DNA of 64,000 nucleotides from an uncultured delta proteobacterium (GTDB lineage Bacteria; Myxococcota_A; Polyangia; Fen-1088). The notes under the pieces are model-generated. The model made no database searches. It was not told the origin of the DNA and saw only the letters and a list, made by a program, of their open reading frames with translations. The stretch is from assembly GCA_963737265.1 (NCBI GenBank), contig CAVTRY010000014.1, positions 256,001 to 320,000 on the forward strand, written 5' to 3'. Both the position numbers and the translations under genes were made by a program. Shown here piece after piece: positions 52,785-61,718 of this stretch (positions within the stretch are counted from its first letter, which is position 1; every line of letters begins with the position of its first letter).

Positions 52785-53777
52785 TTTGTTTGGCTGCGGC
52801 CGGATCAAACGCCTACTTGCTCGGCGGCGCTTTTCTCAATCGTGGTCTTTCCATGGTGACGCCAGATGCTCCAGCAGCGCTGAGGCCAATCATCGCGGAG
52901 GGACCCTGCCGGAGGCAATCGGAGCAGTGAAGCGAGGCAAGAGCGGGATGATAAAGCCCACCACCAGTTTGCAAGAACTTCGAGCGAAGATAGGCCAACG
53001 GGCGAAGTCTGCCCCTGCGCATCGCTTTTGGGGATTGCACGTCCACATCATGAAGCTCGATACGCTCGAAGCGGCGTACTTGGAGGCCAAGCGCAATGGC
53101 GGAGCCCCTGGGTCCGACGATGAGACGTTCGAGGCGATTGAGGCGCAGGGCTGAGGAGAGTTTCTCGCGAAACTCGCCGAGGAACTGCACTTCACGGACG
53201 CGTACCACCCAAGGCCGTATCGTCGGAGAGAGATTCCCAAGGAGGGCGGCAAAGTCCGCGCGATTTCGATTTCTGCGATTCGAGACCGCGTGGTGCAAGG
53301 CGCCCTCCGGCTTATCGTGGAACCAATCTTCGAAGCCGACTTCTCGGACAGTTCGTATGGGGCGAGGCCGGACGAAGCGCGCACGAGGCAATCGAGAAAG
53401 TGCGAGTGGGACTAAACCAGGGACGACACCGCGTGGTCGACGTCGATCTGTCCCGCTACTTCGACACGATTCGGCATGACCGGATTTTGGTGAAGGTGGC
53501 AGGGCGGGTGGTCGATGGCGATGTGCTGGCCATGGTGAAACAGTTTCTCAAGAGCACCGGCGACCGAGGCGTGCCACAAGGCTCGCCGCTGAACGGACCC
53601 ATAACCCCGATGGAAGACGCCTTCGCGGTGAGCCGTGATGCGGGAAATCCGCCTTCCGGTTCGATGTGGCGGGGGCCGGAGACGGAGTGATGGAACCCCT
53701 AAACGGGCACGAAGCCGGAAACGGCGGACACAGCCAAGGGGCGTCCTGTACACCACCGCGCCGGTCCCCGACCCGAC
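52785..53777 (+). mobile_element. Degenerate group II intron, 5' half (RT0-RT4 joined directly to DV/DVI)
   Basis: RT from 52948: RFWGL, GAPGSD, in-frame TGA at 53152, IPK..GKVR, RDRVVQ, SYG.RP, DLSRYFDTI, GVPQGSPL. Then GAGCCGTGATGCGGGAAA...CGGTTCGATG (DV), ending CCCGAC. 5' boundary uncertain. Confidence 0.85.
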
Positions 53778-54265
53778 TCCACACCGATTGACGGCCTGCT
53801 TTATCGCGCGACCGAACCGTACTTACGAAGTTCGCACCTTTGGCGAGGGAGGCGTGTGGAAGATCGAAGTTGTCGACCAGACGACCACCTATGATGTCAA
53901 GTCGCCGTGCAAGACCGCCGCGCGATCAAAGGAACCGGCCCAACCGGACCAGCCTCTCACCGATCCGTTCGACTAGCCTCGATGGTTACGCCAAGCACCT
54001 TCCGGCTACACGTACACATCAGCATGGCGCCGGAAAGGCCGGCTCTACGATGGCCTGAATGGACGGCTCGGCAGTGGCGAGCAGCATGGCGATGAAGAAC
54101 ATCAAGGCCGCAAGCTAGCACCGAAGTCTTCTTGCCCGGCGCCCTGTTTCTCAAAGGCTGAAGCACAGACTGGCACCCAGCCTGATGGTTTGCTACGACG
54201 CCACGAACCGCCCTCATCCCGCCCAGCCACACTTCGGAGGGAGCGATCCGCGCGATGGCAAAGAC

Positions 54266-54281
54266 GTACCATTTATGGTAC
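54266..54281. promoter_or_regulatory. Palindromic operator of the yefM-yoeB module
   Basis: GTACCAT-TT-ATGGTAC about 20 bp before the antitoxin start. Confidence 0.6.
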
Positions 54282-54301
54282 AAGTACCTGAGGAGCATTT
54301 C

Positions 54302-54544
54302 ATGACGTCACTCAGCGCAAGCCAAGCTCGAGCCAACCTGTTCAAGCTGATGGAACAGACCGCCGATTCGCACGAACCCATCCAAATCAATGGGCGCCAT
54401 CGCAGCTCCGTGCTGGTTAGTGAAGAGGACTGGCGTGCCGTGCAGGAGACCTTGTACCTGCTGTCAATTCCAGGCATGCGCGAATCCATTCGCAAAGGTC
54501 TCGCCACGCCTTTTTCCAAAACCAGCAAGACGCTTCGATGGTGA
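54302..54544 (+). CDS. yefM: Phd/YefM family antitoxin
   Basis: SASQARANLFKL...HEPIQI...VLVSEEDW...ETLYLLSIPGM. Confidence 0.92.
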   Translation: MTSLSASQARANLFKLMEQTADSHEPIQINGRHRSSVLVSEEDWRAVQETLYLLSIPGMRESIRKGLATPFSKTSKTLRW

Positions 54545-54804
54545 GCTGGTCGCTGGTTTTCGTGAAGCAGGCACAAAAGGACGCCAAGAAACTCGCCGCT
54601 GCCGGTTTTCGGCCGAAGGCGGAATCTCTGCTAGCCCTGCTGGCAAAAGATCCCTTTCAGAATCCACCGCCCTTTGAAAAGCTCGTCGGCGATTTGGATG
54701 GAGCCTATTCCCGCCGAATCAACATTCAGCACCGCATGGTCTATCAAGTGCTCAAGCGCGAACGAGTCGTAAAGGTTCTGCGGCTTTGGACACACTACGA
54801 ATAG
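54541..54804 (+). CDS. yoeB: Txe/YoeB family toxin
   Basis: PPFEKLVGDL.GAYSRRINIQHR.VY...WTHYE. Confidence 0.94.
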   Translation: MSWSLVFVKQAQKDAKKLAAAGFRPKAESLLALLAKDPFQNPPPFEKLVGDLDGAYSRRINIQHRMVYQVLKRERVVKVLRLWTHYE

Positions 54805-54850
54805 TTTGTCGTTCCATCATGTGCTCCAGGCTGGAGCTACAATCCTCGGC

Positions 54851-55150
54851 ATGGACAGGTCGATTCAGGAAAAACGCGGGGAAATTCCTCGCATTCTGGG
54901 CGCTCATGGCGCGCGGAACCCTCGCATCATCGGATCGGTCGCGCGCGGTCAGGGCCAGCCGACGAGCGATATCGACGTCCTCGTCGACACGGAGCCTGGC
55001 CGGGCACTGCTTGATTTGGTCGGTCTAGAACAGGAATTGGCGGAAGGCTTGGGCCGTCGCTTCGATGTGCTGACCAACGAAGGCATCAGCCCCTACCTGC
55101 GCGATCGTATTCTTGCCGAGGCCATACCTCTGGGAAGGACGACCGCGTGA
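54851..55150 (+). CDS. Minimal nucleotidyltransferase (MNT antitoxin)
   Basis: GSVARG...SDIDVLV...ISPYLRDRILAEA. Confidence 0.88.
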   Translation: MDRSIQEKRGEIPRILGAHGARNPRIIGSVARGQGQPTSDIDVLVDTEPGRALLDLVGLEQELAEGLGRRFDVLTNEGISPYLRDRILAEAIPLGRTTA

Positions 55151-55164
55151 ACCTCGAACTGGTG

Positions 55165-55790
55165 TGGACAACCGTTTGGTCACGATAACGGAGCCAGGGG
55201 CCAGCTTTGCGTTTCTGGGATTCGAGTTCCGTTGGGAACGGAGTTCGAAGACTGGAACATGGTATTCGAGCAGAACCCCGCGACCGAAGAAGATCATTGC
55301 TGTCCTAAAGGAAGTCGGAAACATCCTGCGCCGGAGCCGCCATCTGCCTATGCCAGTGGCGGTTGCGCAGGTGAATTCCGTCCTGCGGGGTTGGGTGAAC
55401 TACTTTCGTGTCGGCAACTCGGGGACGGCGTTCGGCAAAATCAAGTACGAGGTCGAACGCAAGGTGAGGCGACTGGCGGCCAAGAAGTGCAAGCGCGAGG
55501 GATTCGGCTGGAAGCGGTGGAGTAGCGCCGTGGTGTACGGAACGTGCGGCCTCTTTCGAGACTACCGCGTGGTGTACTGGAGCGCGAAAGCATGCCCTGG
55601 CTGAACGGACCCATAACCCCGATGGAAGAAGCCTTCGCGGTGAGCCGTGATGCGGGAAATCCGCCTGTCCGGTTCGATGTGGCGGGGGCCGGAGACGGAG
55701 TGATGGAACCCCTAAACGGGCACGAAGCCGGAAACGGCGGACACAGCCAAGGGGCATCCTGCACACCACCGCGCCGGTCCCCGACCCGAC
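55165..55790 (+). mobile_element. Degenerate group II intron, 3' half (RT7 + maturase X + DV/DVI)
   Basis: FAFLGFEF, VNSVLRGWVNYFR, GFGWKRWS; about 195 bp RNA 3' end near-identical to 53588-53783. Confidence 0.87.
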
Positions 55791-55801
55791 TCCACAAGGT
55801 A

Positions 55802-55861
55802 TGGCGTCAGTCTCGTCGCTCGAACACCCTGACGCCAGCAATGTACCCGATCGGCCGATAG
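55802..55861. repeat. 60-bp direct repeat copy 2 (native 3' end of the GT-C gene)
   Basis: Matches 50708-50767. Confidence 0.92.
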
Positions 55862-57390
55862 TCGCGATCCAAGATGGACAGCAGGCGCGGAAAGCGTTCT
55901 GGGGGAAACTTGCCGTAGTGTCCGATGTCGCCGGGGGACGCATCCACAATCAGCCGCGGCCGGCGCTGCGCGAGATCTGCCTCCAGCATGTCCCAGCTTT
56001 CCGGAACGACGTTGGCGCTGGCATCTGCCTTGGGATCGGACTGCGTGCTGGTGGTGGGCGAGAGGCCGGTCAAATAGTTGGCGAAGGCGAATCGACTTCC
56101 GAGAGGCCGGGTCGCCTCGAAGTAGAGCACGGGCGAATTGCCCCACACGAAGAGCCCGTCGGCGGGGTCACTGTGGGTGTGGATGAAGTCCGCCATCGCC
56201 GCATAGTCGGGCTCCGGCTGGCCGACGGCCGCCACGACACGATCGTATCCGATCCCAATTGCAAAAAATAGGGCGGCGGGCACGGCCAGGGCGGCCACCA
56301 TCAGCTTGCGCCGCGATCCCCACAAATCGGCGGCGCGCGCGGCGGCGAGCACGGCCAGCGGCGCGGTCACTTGATGAAAGTAGTGGCCGAAGAATCGCCC
56401 GCCAGCGGACACCGCCAAGGCGCTGACGAGCAGCCACCCCACGGCGAAGTGGTCGAACGCCAGCTGCGAGTCATTGAGCCGGGGCCGGCTGCGCAGCGTG
56501 CGCAGCGCGGCGCCAAGGCCCAGCACCCACAGGAAGAGTGCCCCGCCCACCACGAAGGAAATTCGCGGCACCGCCCGCGCCACCACCTCGGCCCGGCTCA
56601 TCCCTTCGCGAATGTAGGCGAAGTTGAAGCGGAACCAAAACCATCCCGCGTGCCACGAATCGAAATGCGACAGGACGGCCCAGCCGAGCCCGAGGACAGC
56701 GGCGGCTCCCGCCCCGAGCGCGAGCCAGACGGCCAAGATGCGCCGCGGACGCAGCCGATGCAGCCACGCGGAATGCAGGCCATAAAGCGCGAGGTGAATG
56801 CCGCCCTGGTACTTGTAGAACATCGCCATGCCCACGAGCGCCCCCGCTCCGACCAGCAGCGACGGGCGCACGCGGCCCGCTTCCAGAAGACGGCTGGTTC
56901 CTAGAAGGTAGACCGCCACCGAGCCTGCGAGCGGCAACATCATGAACAGCTCGCAGTTGGCGGCGAGTGAATCAAAGGGCAGGAGGGTGGTGGTGAAAAC
57001 GACGTACAGCAAGGCCGCGAAGAACGGGGCGCGCGGCGAGCTTCCAGACGGCCCGAAGCGCCGCACGATGAAGGCCAACAAAAAGGCGGTGGCCAATACC
57101 ACCAAGGTGGTGAGGAGGTGGATGACTCGCATGCCGCCGACGGGCCCCCCGACGGCCTGCGTGGCGGCATATGTCACGTAGATAAGGGGAGGCTTGTGGT
57201 CGACGACGTCGCGGTAGAGGATTCGCCCCGACAACATCTCGCGGCCGACCACGCAATAGGTCGCCTCGTCGTCCGAGAGACACGGGCGCACCAGCGACAC
57301 CGCGTGCAGGCCGAGACAAAGCACCAAGAGACAGAGCGCGTGGCGAGGCGCCAGGCGAGGTCTCTGCGCGGCCGGCGCGTCTCCTTTCAC
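55807..57390 (-). CDS. GT-C (ArnT/GT39-like) membrane glycosyltransferase
   Basis: SDDEATY...YRDVVDHKPP, many TM helices, FFGHYF; the GTG start overlaps the upstream stop. Confidence 0.8.
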   Translation of the reverse strand: MKGDAPAAQRPRLAPRHALCLLVLCLGLHAVSLVRPCLSDDEATYCVVGREMLSGRILYRDVVDHKPPLIYVTYAATQAVGGPVGGMRVIHLLTTLVVLATAFLLAFIVRRFGPSGSSPRAPFFAALLYVVFTTTLLPFDSLAANCELFMMLPLAGSVAVYLLGTSRLLEAGRVRPSLLVGAGALVGMAMFYKYQGGIHLALYGLHSAWLHRLRPRRILAVWLALGAGAAAVLGLGWAVLSHFDSWHAGWFWFRFNFAYIREGMSRAEVVARAVPRISFVVGGALFLWVLGLGAALRTLRSRPRLNDSQLAFDHFAVGWLLVSALAVSAGGRFFGHYFHQVTAPLAVLAAARAADLWGSRRKLMVAALAVPAALFFAIGIGYDRVVAAVGQPEPDYAAMADFIHTHSDPADGLFVWGNSPVLYFEATRPLGSRFAFANYLTGLSPTTSTQSDPKADASANVVPESWDMLEADLAQRRPRLIVDASPGDIGHYGKFPPERFPRLLSILDRDYRPIGYIAGVRVFERRD

Positions 57391-58563
57391 GGATGGCTGC
57401 TCCTGCCGATCAGCTCCTCGTAGATGCGAAGGACCTGCTGGGTCACTTGCGGCCAGTCGAATTCGGCGGCGCGCCGCCGTCCGGCTTCGGCGTAGCGGCG
57501 GCGGGTGAGGGCGTCGGTCAGCAACTGGCCGGTACGCAGGGCGAGCTCCTGGCAATGGACATCGCGCTCGAACGTCGACCATGAATCCCTGCACGCGGTC
57601 TTGAATGATGGTGCGAAATCCCGGCGTATCGGCAACGACGACTGCGCACCCGGCCGCCATCGCTTCAAGCGCGATGATGCCAAAGGTGCCACCAACGGCG
57701 GGGCACAAAAGAACGTCCCCCGACGCGTAGTAAGAGGCGCGCTCGGACCCCGGCACAAAGCCGGCAAAATGTGCGTCGGCGCGCAGATTGGCTGGCACCA
57801 TGGCCTGGTAGCGCTCGCGCAGAGGTCCGTCGCCCACCAGCACGAGCCGAGCATCGATTCCCGCCCGCCGTACGCCGATCCACGCCGTGATGACCCTGTC
57901 CACGCCGTTGCGCGGATCGAAGCGCCCCACGTGCAAAACGTTCAATCGACCGTCGTCGAATTCGGGGCGCCTGCGTCCTGAGGCGAAGGCGGAAACGTCG
58001 ACACCGTTGGGAACCACTCGCCAGTCGGCGTTGAAATAGCGCCGCAGACTGCTCAGGGCGGTCTCGGATACTCCGATGGCGACGCTCAGCCGATCGATGT
58101 AGCGCTGGAGCAGCGGGGCGAACAGCTTGAGCAGCAGACTGTGGCCGATGGCGCTGTGGAACGTGCCCACGTTAATGGTATCGGAGAGGCGCAAGGCGGC
58201 CAGCGGCAGGGTGGGCGTGAGCGGGGAGTGCAGGTGAAGGATGTCGAAGCGCTCGGAGCGCATGATCTCCTTGAGTCGGCGCGAAATCCCGCCGCCGAAC
58301 GAGGCTCGGGCGAGCGAGCCTCCGGAGAGAAATGGAAACGACCGGCCGATGCGAATCACGCCGTCCCGCTCATCCTGGGTGCGTCCGCTTTCCGTCGACG
58401 TGCCAGGGAATCTCCCGACGGAAGCCAGACTATCGCCGACGGCCGGGGTCAGGATGCGTACGTCGTGTCCCAGGCGGCGCGCCGCCAGCGCGAAATGATG
58501 GATGTGCTCCTGAATACCACCCAGCGTGGGATAGTAGTATTCGGACACGATGGCGATCTTCAT
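57387..58563 (-). CDS. GT4 glycosyltransferase, PimA-like (frameshift near 57570)
   Basis: IAIVSEYYYP..GG, VGTFH, VPNGVD, GRFDPRNG, FGIIALEAMA; the true C-terminus FDWPQVT is in another frame. Confidence 0.88.
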
Positions 58564-58624
58564 GGGCTCGCGGCTCCGATACTACACCCGTCGCACGACA
58601 TCGCGCCGCCGCCGCTCGGCCGAA

Positions 58625-59818
58625 TCACGGTTGGCGGTTCGCCATCCTTGCCGAGATGGCGTCGACGTAAACTTCGCGCATTCGGCGCGCCACATCGTCC
58701 CAGGAAAACTCCCGGGCGCGCTTCAAATTTGCGGTGCCCATGGCGGGCCACAAATCGGATTGTGCGGATAGCTCGGCGATCGCGTTCGCCAGGCAGGACG
58801 GGTCGGCAGGTGTCACCAGCCTGGTTCCGGCCACGTCGACCGTGTCGCGATAGCCGAGGATGTCGGAACAGACGATGGGCCGGGCGCTGGCCATGGCCTC
58901 GAGCAGGATGATTCCGAAAGACTCCTGGCCGGTGGACGGCGCTACGAAGACATCGCAGCTGCGGTATCGCTCGGCCAGGGCGCCGAGCGAGAGGACACCG
59001 TGGTAGGTGAGTCCGGGCAGTGCTGGCGGTGGTTCCGCGCCGCCCAGCTCCCCGACCACATCGAGGACCACGCTGGCATTGCGAGCCCGCAGCGTCGCAT
59101 AAGCGTGCAGAAGGTGGTCGAACCCCTTTCGCCGGTCGCCGATTCGTCCGACGAACAGCAGGCGCGTCGGCCCGCTCGCGCGCGCGCCGGTGGGGGGCCT
59201 GAACGTCTCGAGCGAGATACCGTTGGGCACGATGGCGCGCGGCTGCGGCCAGAACTTGCCGGCGAACGAACTCGCCACGTGCGAGACGGCGGTGGCGGCA
59301 TGAAAGGCGGGTGCTTGCATGTTGGCGAGGAGCCTGGCGAACGCCCCGAGCACCCGATTCGGACGTTCGGCAAAAGCGTGAAACGTCGCTACGCGTGCGC
59401 TGCCCCGGGACGACAGGATCGCCCAGCAGCCGAGCGTGGGGACGACAGGCTCGTGAATGTGCACGACATCGAAGCGCGCCGAGCGGAAGAAACTTCTGAC
59501 CTCGGCGAAAGACGGAAACAAACCGATGTGGTTCGCGGAGCCGTTCGCCGTGACGTTGAAAACCCCCTTGAAGCCACGCACGTGGGCTTCGCTGCGGGGG
59601 CGCAAGGCCGGCCCCACAATGGCGACGTAGTCGCCGCGCGCACGCAGTGCGCCAGCCAGCTGAATGGCGTGATGTTTGACGCCACCGTTCTCGTCGAGGG
59701 CATACGGCACCACTTGGCAGATACGCAAAGGTCGCCAACGTGCACCTAGGGGAGATTGATCGATAGGATCGACCCTGCACGAAATGGCGTCGCGATTGGT
59801 GGCGAGGGCAATCGACAT
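58625..59818 (-). CDS. GT4 glycosyltransferase, PimA-like
   Basis: VVPY....GGVKHH, HIHEP, VATFH, GR..DRRKG, APSTGQESFGIILLEAMA; start uncertain. Confidence 0.9.
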   Translation of the reverse strand: MSIALATNRDAISCRVDPIDQSPLGARWRPLRICQVVPYALDENGGVKHHAIQLAGALRARGDYVAIVGPALRPRSEAHVRGFKGVFNVTANGSANHIGLFPSFAEVRSFFRSARFDVVHIHEPVVPTLGCWAILSSRGSARVATFHAFAERPNRVLGAFARLLANMQAPAFHAATAVSHVASSFAGKFWPQPRAIVPNGISLETFRPPTGARASGPTRLLFVGRIGDRRKGFDHLLHAYATLRARNASVVLDVVGELGGAEPPPALPGLTYHGVLSLGALAERYRSCDVFVAPSTGQESFGIILLEAMASARPIVCSDILGYRDTVDVAGTRLVTPADPSCLANAIAELSAQSDLWPAMGTANLKRAREFSWDDVARRMREVYVDAISARMANRQP

Positions 59819-59945
59819 CGAATTGAGATGATGCGGTAGGACCAATTCACATTGCGCGACGGCTGGCTTGATGTCAACCAAAGACTCGCATCGTTGCTTG
59901 CCTTATCATGCTTTGGCCGCCCGTCTGAACCAGGCTGCGGCAGCG

Positions 59946-61424
59946 CTATCCGCGGATGAGATGGCCGCGGCCGTGCTGAAAAGCCGCATCTCCGACCACG
60001 ATCGAATGGGCCGTAGGCCTGCCGCCCCCTGTTCGCCGGAGGATCAGAGCCGCCCAGGTGATCAAGACCACATTTCTTGCCAACACCAGCGCACACGGCC
60101 CGGGCCGGAGTGCTTCCAAACTCCCGTAGGTGATTGGGTAGACCGCCTGCGTGAGCGCCAGAAAGACCAGGAATAGGATCGGGCAGACGCGCCGTCCGTC
60201 GGTCAGCGACAGCGCCAACCCGAGTGGGAGAATCCAGACCAGGTACTGCGGGCTCGATACTTTCCCGCACGCAACGAACGTGGCGAAGACGCCGGCCGTG
60301 GCTGCGAATGCGGCGCGCCCGCGCCCGGCGGCGGTGGGCGCGGCGAGGCGTCGCCAGGTCACCGCGTAGACGATCAGCAGTCCTGCAACCAGCGCGAGGT
60401 TGGCGGCGCCTGCGGCGACCCTTGCGACGGAGCCCGCGACATTGGTCGAGCCAAAGGTCTTTTCGACCACGACCCAGCCAGGGTGCACCGATTGCAGCAG
60501 TCCGAGCAGGGCGCCCCACGTGCTCTCAATCTGGACCGGGCGGCTGGCGTGGTAGCGGAACAGATCGAGGATGTGTTCCCCGGCGAGGAAGAAGAGCGGC
60601 AGGGAGATGATGGCGAGCGACGCGGCGGTCGCGAGAGCTGCGAGGACGAGATCGCGGTAGCGCCGTTCGCGTGCTGCGTGCATGACCACGATGGGCACCA
60701 TGAGGGCGGGCGTAATCTTGAGGGCGATGGCAATCCCGAGCGCGATGCCGAGTGCGATCGGTCTTTGAGCCGCGAGGGCAGCCAGGCAGCCCGCCACTGC
60801 GAGGGCGACGGCGGCGTCGTACCGGTGCGTGGCGACAACCCCCAGGAGGAGCGCGCTCACGGCTCCCCAGACCGCGGTGCGTGCGAGCGAGATGGGGCGA
60901 CCGCCGAGCCAGTCGACGGACTTCGCCGCTAGAACGAGCGCGCAGGTTAGGGCAAGCGCCATCAGCCCTTCGAACCACCTGACGTAGCTGTCGGCATCGC
61001 GAGCCAGCCATGACGGCGGCAACGCGGCCAGGAAGAAACCCGGTGGGTATTCCACAAGGTAGTCGCGATACGGAACCAGTGGCTGCTTGGGAATCACGTC
61101 CGGCCAGGCATCGGGGCGGTAGGGCTCCGCAGCGGCGAACGCCTTTCTCCAATCCTCCGCCGTGCGGACGAAGTAGCTCGCATAAGAGCGCCCGCGCGCC
61201 GCTTCGGCGTAGGCGAAGTACCGGCGCACGTCGCCGTCGTTGGTGACGTAGGCGCGGATGGCCTCGATGCTTCCCGGCCACTGGCCGGCGTTGAGGCTGC
61301 TTTCGACGCTACGAAACCGATGGCGTGAAAGTCCTATTCCGAAGAGGCCGAAGGCGACTGCCACCCAGAGCAGGCATCCCGCCGCAGCAGATCGCATTCG
61401 CGCAATGTACACCAGTCGTTTCAC
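59946..61424 (-). CDS. GT87-like (DUF2029) membrane glycosyltransferase
   Basis: PYRDYLVEYPPG, RYD, K..P, R..QIES, KVSSPQYLVW. Confidence 0.78.
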   Translation of the reverse strand: MKRLVYIARMRSAAAGCLLWVAVAFGLFGIGLSRHRFRSVESSLNAGQWPGSIEAIRAYVTNDGDVRRYFAYAEAARGRSYASYFVRTAEDWRKAFAAAEPYRPDAWPDVIPKQPLVPYRDYLVEYPPGFFLAALPPSWLARDADSYVRWFEGLMALALTCALVLAAKSVDWLGGRPISLARTAVWGAVSALLLGVVATHRYDAAVALAVAGCLAALAAQRPIALGIALGIAIALKITPALMVPIVVMHAARERRYRDLVLAALATAASLAIISLPLFFLAGEHILDLFRYHASRPVQIESTWGALLGLLQSVHPGWVVVEKTFGSTNVAGSVARVAAGAANLALVAGLLIVYAVTWRRLAAPTAAGRGRAAFAATAGVFATFVACGKVSSPQYLVWILPLGLALSLTDGRRVCPILFLVFLALTQAVYPITYGSLEALRPGPCALVLARNVVLITWAALILRRTGGGRPTAHSIVVGDAAFQHGRGHLIRG

Positions 61425-61718
61425 GGCAAGCGAGTCCCCAGGCAGGCACGGCCTTGTATCCCGCGAGGACTATGAGGAAACATGGGTTCGCTGATGTGTT
61501 CTTTGGAAAAAATCAGGCACCGTGTGGTAATCAGAAACCGTCATCGCGCAGATCCCCACGCACGAAAACACCGAATCGTGGATACTTCGCCCACACCCAT
61601 GCCGGGCCGGGGGAACCCTCCCGCCGACCCGCTCTTCGAGACCGCCCTCAATCCGAGAGCGCGACCGTATTCCAGTGCTCGAGCCGGCCGGCGCGGGTCT
61701 CCTCGATGCGCCAGCCAA

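Noticed and set aside
53780-55165. Integron cassette array
   Set aside because: No intI, and no convincing RYYYAAC...GTTRRRY attC structures between the TA genes
50708-55861. Diversity-generating retroelement (TR/VR pair plus RT)
   Set aside because: The three mismatches are not all at adenines of one copy, the RT is a broken group II intron type with DV/DVI, and no avd is seen
55807-58563. 918-aa GT4/GT-C fusion in the ORF track
   Set aside because: Produced by a frameshift near 57570; the natural GT4 C-terminus ends at 57387 in another frame, overlapping a separate GTG start
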